Positions 60,258-64,000 of a DNA stretch of 64,000 nucleotides are shown in pieces. Position 1 is the stretch's first letter. Every line of letters starts with the position of its first letter. The notes under the pieces are model-generated. The model saw only the letters and a program-made list of their open reading frames with translations, was not told the origin of the DNA and did not search any database. Made by a program: the position numbers and the translations under genes. Origin of the DNA: Ignavibacteriota bacterium (lineage in GTDB: Bacteria; Bacteroidota; Ignavibacteria; UBA10030; UBA6906); assembly GCA_963801355.1 (NCBI GenBank), contig CAWDEM010000008.1:224001-288000 (forward strand). Reading direction: 5' to 3'.

Positions 60258-61754
60258 GTGACGCACACAAGCGGTCATATTGCACGCAGTGCCGTCTGGA
60301 ACCATGTCGGCAAGGTAGCCGAGTACACGCTGTTTTTTTTCTCCACAGTCGTCATCGCAAGAGGGCTCGGAGTGGAGGGGAATGGACGGCTGGCCGGCAT
60401 GCTGAGCCTCGTGCAATTGTTCATCGTGTTATCCTCTGCCGGCGTGGAGGTCTCCCTGAACAGGTTCCTGCCACAGGTGGGAGAGGCGGGTCCGCAGACA
60501 AGATATCTCGTACGAAGACTCCTGCTCATGCGTGTCAGTCTCTATGCCGGCGTTTGCGCGGTCGGCATGGCGGCACTCCATTTTGTGTTCCCCGCACCAG
60601 GCAAAGGATGGGCCGAGTATCTGGGTCTGCTTGTCTCTCTGGGATTGCTGCGGGGTGCGGCGCCGGTTCTGGGCATGCTGCTCGTTGCCCGGTTCCGGAC
60701 CGGCCGGGCCGCAGTTGTCGGAGTCTTGGCGCGCGGCGCTGAGTTGCTGGCGTTGCTCGCTGCCGGGAGCGCCCTGAGCGTTCCCAGCGTGTTGGCAATC
60801 CTGCTTGGCGGATCCGCCATGCAGGTCCTCGGGTATTTGTTGGCATCGAAAGCGGAATGGGCCGGGGAGGTGCGCCCGATGGCCGTGGCCCCCGTGATTG
60901 CTTTTGGTGCTGCATTCTGGTTGAACACCATCACTGACTACTTCCTGGGACGCCAGGGAGATGTGGTGTTTCTGACTATGCTGCTCCCGGAGAGCTCTCC
61001 GGCATCTTTGTATGATGTCGCCTATTCAATAGTTCAAGTCGGACTCCTTGTTCTCACCGTGGGGTTTGGGGGTGTGTCGCTGGCCGCCTTATCGCAGTAC
61101 GCCGCGACTGACCATGCGCGGATGAATTCCCTATATGCCACAGTTGTGCGAATTACATCGTTTCTCACCATTCCGGTTCTCGGCTTTCTTATCGTCTGCG
61201 CGCCGCAACTGCTCAGCATTGTCTATACGGGCGACTATGCGGGAGCCGTGGTCATACTCAGGATTATCCTCGGTTTCCGGATACTCTCCCGCATGTTTGC
61301 GACAGGGGAGAACACAGACTACCTCCTGGCGCTTGGTCGAGTTTGGACAGTCGTGCGGATCGGTGCTGTAGCAGCTTGCGTCACGGTCGCGATGCATCTT
61401 GTCCTGATCCCCCGATGGGGCGCGATTGGAGCTGCATGTGCAGGTGGCACCGGAGTGCTCCTCTTCAACCTTCTGGGGGGCTTCTCGGTGGTGAGACTCG
61501 GCGGTGTCAACATGCAGTGGATCGCCTGGGTGCGAATCGTGGCGGCTGCATTCGTCGCAGGAGGGGTGGCACTCCTCCTTCCGGACTTCAGCGATTCCCT
61601 TATCAGTGTCTGCCTTTCCGCAGTTGTCTTCTTGCCGGCATTTATGCTTCTTGTGATCATTCTGCGTCCTTTGCACAAGCAGGACCTGGATGCTGTCAGC
61701 GCGGCTCTGGGGGGCTTGCCACGGCCGTTGCGAATGATTGCAGGATCACGATGA
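60258..61754 (+). CDS. Wzx/MOP-family polysaccharide flippase
   Basis: Many TM segments, IARGLG..G.G, LIPRWGAIGAA; GTG start at 60258 inferred. Confidence 0.8.
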   Translation: MTHTSGHIARSAVWNHVGKVAEYTLFFFSTVVIARGLGVEGNGRLAGMLSLVQLFIVLSSAGVEVSLNRFLPQVGEAGPQTRYLVRRLLLMRVSLYAGVCAVGMAALHFVFPAPGKGWAEYLGLLVSLGLLRGAAPVLGMLLVARFRTGRAAVVGVLARGAELLALLAAGSALSVPSVLAILLGGSAMQVLGYLLASKAEWAGEVRPMAVAPVIAFGAAFWLNTITDYFLGRQGDVVFLTMLLPESSPASLYDVAYSIVQVGLLVLTVGFGGVSLAALSQYAATDHARMNSLYATVVRITSFLTIPVLGFLIVCAPQLLSIVYTGDYAGAVVILRIILGFRILSRMFATGENTDYLLALGRVWTVVRIGAVAACVTVAMHLVLIPRWGAIGAACAGGTGVLLFNLLGGFSVVRLGGVNMQWIAWVRIVAAAFVAGGVALLLPDFSDSLISVCLSAVVFLPAFMLLVIILRPLHKQDLDAVSAALGGLPRPLRMIAGSR

Positions 61755-61809
61755 ATGAGGATTCCACTGTGGCTGCAGGGCACCTAGATTTCTTCAGAAG
61801 GATTCTTGC

Positions 61810-63330
61810 ATGACGAAGGAAGAAGTCCGCGGTCGGCTTTGGATATACCTGGCGGTACTCCTATCGGCAGGGCATGTTGCACTGATCTGGTGGTACAGGT
61901 TTATCCCGGTCTACGACTACCCGAACTGGCTCTATCAGGCACGAATTCTTGCAGACCTGGTAAAAGAAGAATCGACGTTTGCTCAGCAATATGCGATCCA
62001 GTGTTTGCCAGTTCCGAATGCGACATTCTCGATACTAGTCGCAATTCTCGGACAAATTTTCTCGTTTGAAGTCGCTGGGAAGATTCTTTTGACTATCTCA
62101 GTGCTGTTGTTCCCCTGGGGATTCTGGTTCGCCTCCAGGAGGTTTGGCGCGAAGCGGGATTCTGCGGTGCTGTATATGGGATTTCCGTTTGCCGTGACCA
62201 TGTTTGCACTAAACGCTCAGAATTATACGCTTGCGCTCGGGATGCTCTTCTGGTTCCTCGGGCTGTTCATGGTCACGTTCCATGGGCGCTCCCGCACAAT
62301 ATGGGTGCTGATGTCAGCATCAATCTGTCTAATCTTCCTCACGCACGGAGCCATCTATGGTGTGCTCGTGGTGCTCCTCATCAATGCGGCTCTGACACAG
62401 CCATGGGGCACGCGAATGCGGATCGGGATGACCCTTGTTCCATCAGTTGCGTTGGCCGTCTGGCATGTCGCGGTAATGCTTCCACAGCCATCTGACAATA
62501 CCGTGTGGGGCACGATTACCTTTGCTCGCCATTTCGTCAAGCCGCTCTGTATCTTCCTAAAATCGTATGGGATTGCTCCACCGTTCCCTCCGACATATCT
62601 GAATGTTGCGTGGATGGCAGCGATCGGGCTCTTTGCTCTTGTCTTGGGGAGGGGGGCTGTCCGTTCTCGATCTGTTCGCTGGTGGATTGCGGGGAGTGGG
62701 GGAGTGCTGATGCTCCTCGCGCTCTTCCTCCCCGACCCCGCTCTTGGCATGGCGCAACCAGGCGCACGCTTCATGTTTCCCGCCGCTTTTCTTCTGCTTC
62801 TCTCCGTAAGCGCTGGCAAAGAGATGCGGGGCTGGCACCTTCTGATCCTTGGTTCCGGATTTGTGGCATTGCTGTACAACTTCGCTTTCTTCCGTTCATT
62901 TGACAATCGAGCCGCGGGGCTCACTGTAGACCTTCACGCGATAGGCGTCGTACGTGAACCGGTGTATATCATCGGATTGGACTGGGATGTGGGGGCCGAT
63001 GCATCGTCCAGAATTGCACCTTCGATCAACGCTATGTCCTTCGTACCGCTCTACACCTTTTCCGAACGCGGGATCACGTACAGCATATTCGAGACTGGGC
63101 TGGTGAGGATGAAAGATACGCTCCGCAGTCTGTATCCGGTTATTACCGGGTCCGATCTTACGACTTGGTTTGCGTTAATGTTCTCGGATCCTGCTCGATT
63201 TGTCCGCTTCAGATCGATTCTAGTGTTCGGAGACGGTCTGTTGGTCGAAGAGGCCACGAATATTCTCCGCGATAGGGGATTCATGATTGAGGTACGCAGG
63301 CCCGGTTGGCGCATCCTCGTTCGGGAATGA
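61810..63330 (+). CDS. Polytopic membrane protein (GT-C-like glycosyltransferase candidate)
   Basis: N-terminal TM followed by IPVYDYPNW, PVPN, H in a TM segment, RF motif, soluble C-terminus; next to the flippase. Confidence 0.55.
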   Translation: MTKEEVRGRLWIYLAVLLSAGHVALIWWYRFIPVYDYPNWLYQARILADLVKEESTFAQQYAIQCLPVPNATFSILVAILGQIFSFEVAGKILLTISVLLFPWGFWFASRRFGAKRDSAVLYMGFPFAVTMFALNAQNYTLALGMLFWFLGLFMVTFHGRSRTIWVLMSASICLIFLTHGAIYGVLVVLLINAALTQPWGTRMRIGMTLVPSVALAVWHVAVMLPQPSDNTVWGTITFARHFVKPLCIFLKSYGIAPPFPPTYLNVAWMAAIGLFALVLGRGAVRSRSVRWWIAGSGGVLMLLALFLPDPALGMAQPGARFMFPAAFLLLLSVSAGKEMRGWHLLILGSGFVALLYNFAFFRSFDNRAAGLTVDLHAIGVVREPVYIIGLDWDVGADASSRIAPSINAMSFVPLYTFSERGITYSIFETGLVRMKDTLRSLYPVITGSDLTTWFALMFSDPARFVRFRSILVFGDGLLVEEATNILRDRGFMIEVRRPGWRILVRE

Positions 63331-64000
63331 AAATGTCCGCACACAAGAACATCCATTGGCTCTGGCTGGTCGGCGTGGGTATTCTCATTCTTGATGTTGC
63401 GATTCTCTGGAGTGTGCGAGTCGTTCCTTCCGGCTACAGCTCATGGATTCTTGTCGCGCGAATCGTTGCCGGTCTCGTTGCAGGAGATCCAGCCTACGTC
63501 GGTTCGTACTCGTTCGTCAACGTTCCTGTTCCAAACTGTGCGCTAGTTGCGCTGGTTGCCGGACTCGGACCGATCTTCACATTCGAAGGAGCCGGCAAGC
63601 TAGTGATTAGCATCCTCGTGGTCTCGTTGCCACTCGGAGTCCTGGCGGCGAACAAGGCGCTTCACGGGGGGGATGGGCTGGCGCCCGCTCTCCTGACGAT
63701 TCCGTTCGCGATGAGTTGGCAGGTGTTCCTCTCGCAGAATTGCATAATCGGACTTGCGCTCATTGTCTGGGGGGTAGCCTACTACGGTTGGCGTAGGAAC
63801 AAACTGTGTGTTCGCGATCTGCACGTATTTGCAGGCATTCTTGTGCTGGTCTACTTTTCACACGGCCTTTCGTTTGTCCTAGCCATTGCCGTCACTGTGG
63901 GCATTGTTTTCCTGGAACCACTTCCCTGGAGACAGAGATTCCTTTCCTTCGGCCTCGTCATCGCTCCTTCAGCGCTGCTTGCCTTCTGGTATGCACTGGG
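63327..64000 (+). CDS. Paralog of the preceding membrane protein, truncated by the window end (absent from the ORF track)
   Basis: ATGA overlap; MKMSAHKNIHWLWL...VPVPNCA...LGPIFTFEGAGK aligns with LPVPNAT...LGQIFSFEVAGK. Confidence 0.75.
   Translation, partial: MKMSAHKNIHWLWLVGVGILILDVAILWSVRVVPSGYSSWILVARIVAGLVAGDPAYVGSYSFVNVPVPNCALVALVAGLGPIFTFEGAGKLVISILVVSLPLGVLAANKALHGGDGLAPALLTIPFAMSWQVFLSQNCIIGLALIVWGVAYYGWRRNKLCVRDLHVFAGILVLVYFSHGLSFVLAIAVTVGIVFLEPLPWRQRFLSFGLVIAPSALLAFWYAL

Overview
Bacterial chromosomal window from a T9SS-bearing FCB-group organism. Two proteins end in YPNPFN-type T9SS CTDs; E. coli-like TTGACA-N17-TATACT promoters, SD sites and a short Rho point to an Ignavibacteria/Chlorobi-like lineage (inference). 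The left part is mostly housekeeping: LysM, Spy, TPR lipoprotein-pyrK-pyrD-folC, rho, hbd, three small OMPs, CapA, LemA/TPM and a two-component pair. Next comes a nadE-like/asnB/ACP/adenylation enzyme/SGNH-lipoprotein operon of unknown product. After tRNA-Lys lies an accessory stretch with degenerate attC-like sites and a ~140-nt rod-like RNA candidate. Further right are a frameshifted Reg_prop sensor kinase, a beta-helix/GH fusion, upxY-capD-wzi, tRNA-Leu, a small secreted protein with a C-terminal TWGSIKAMFR tail, maf, csp, PolB, SPFH/NfeD and an orphan kaiC. The window ends with secreted proteins behind tRNA-Ser and the start of a flippase locus. I saw no CRISPR array, integrase, transposase or rRNA. 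All calls come from reading motifs by eye; no searches or folding programs were run.
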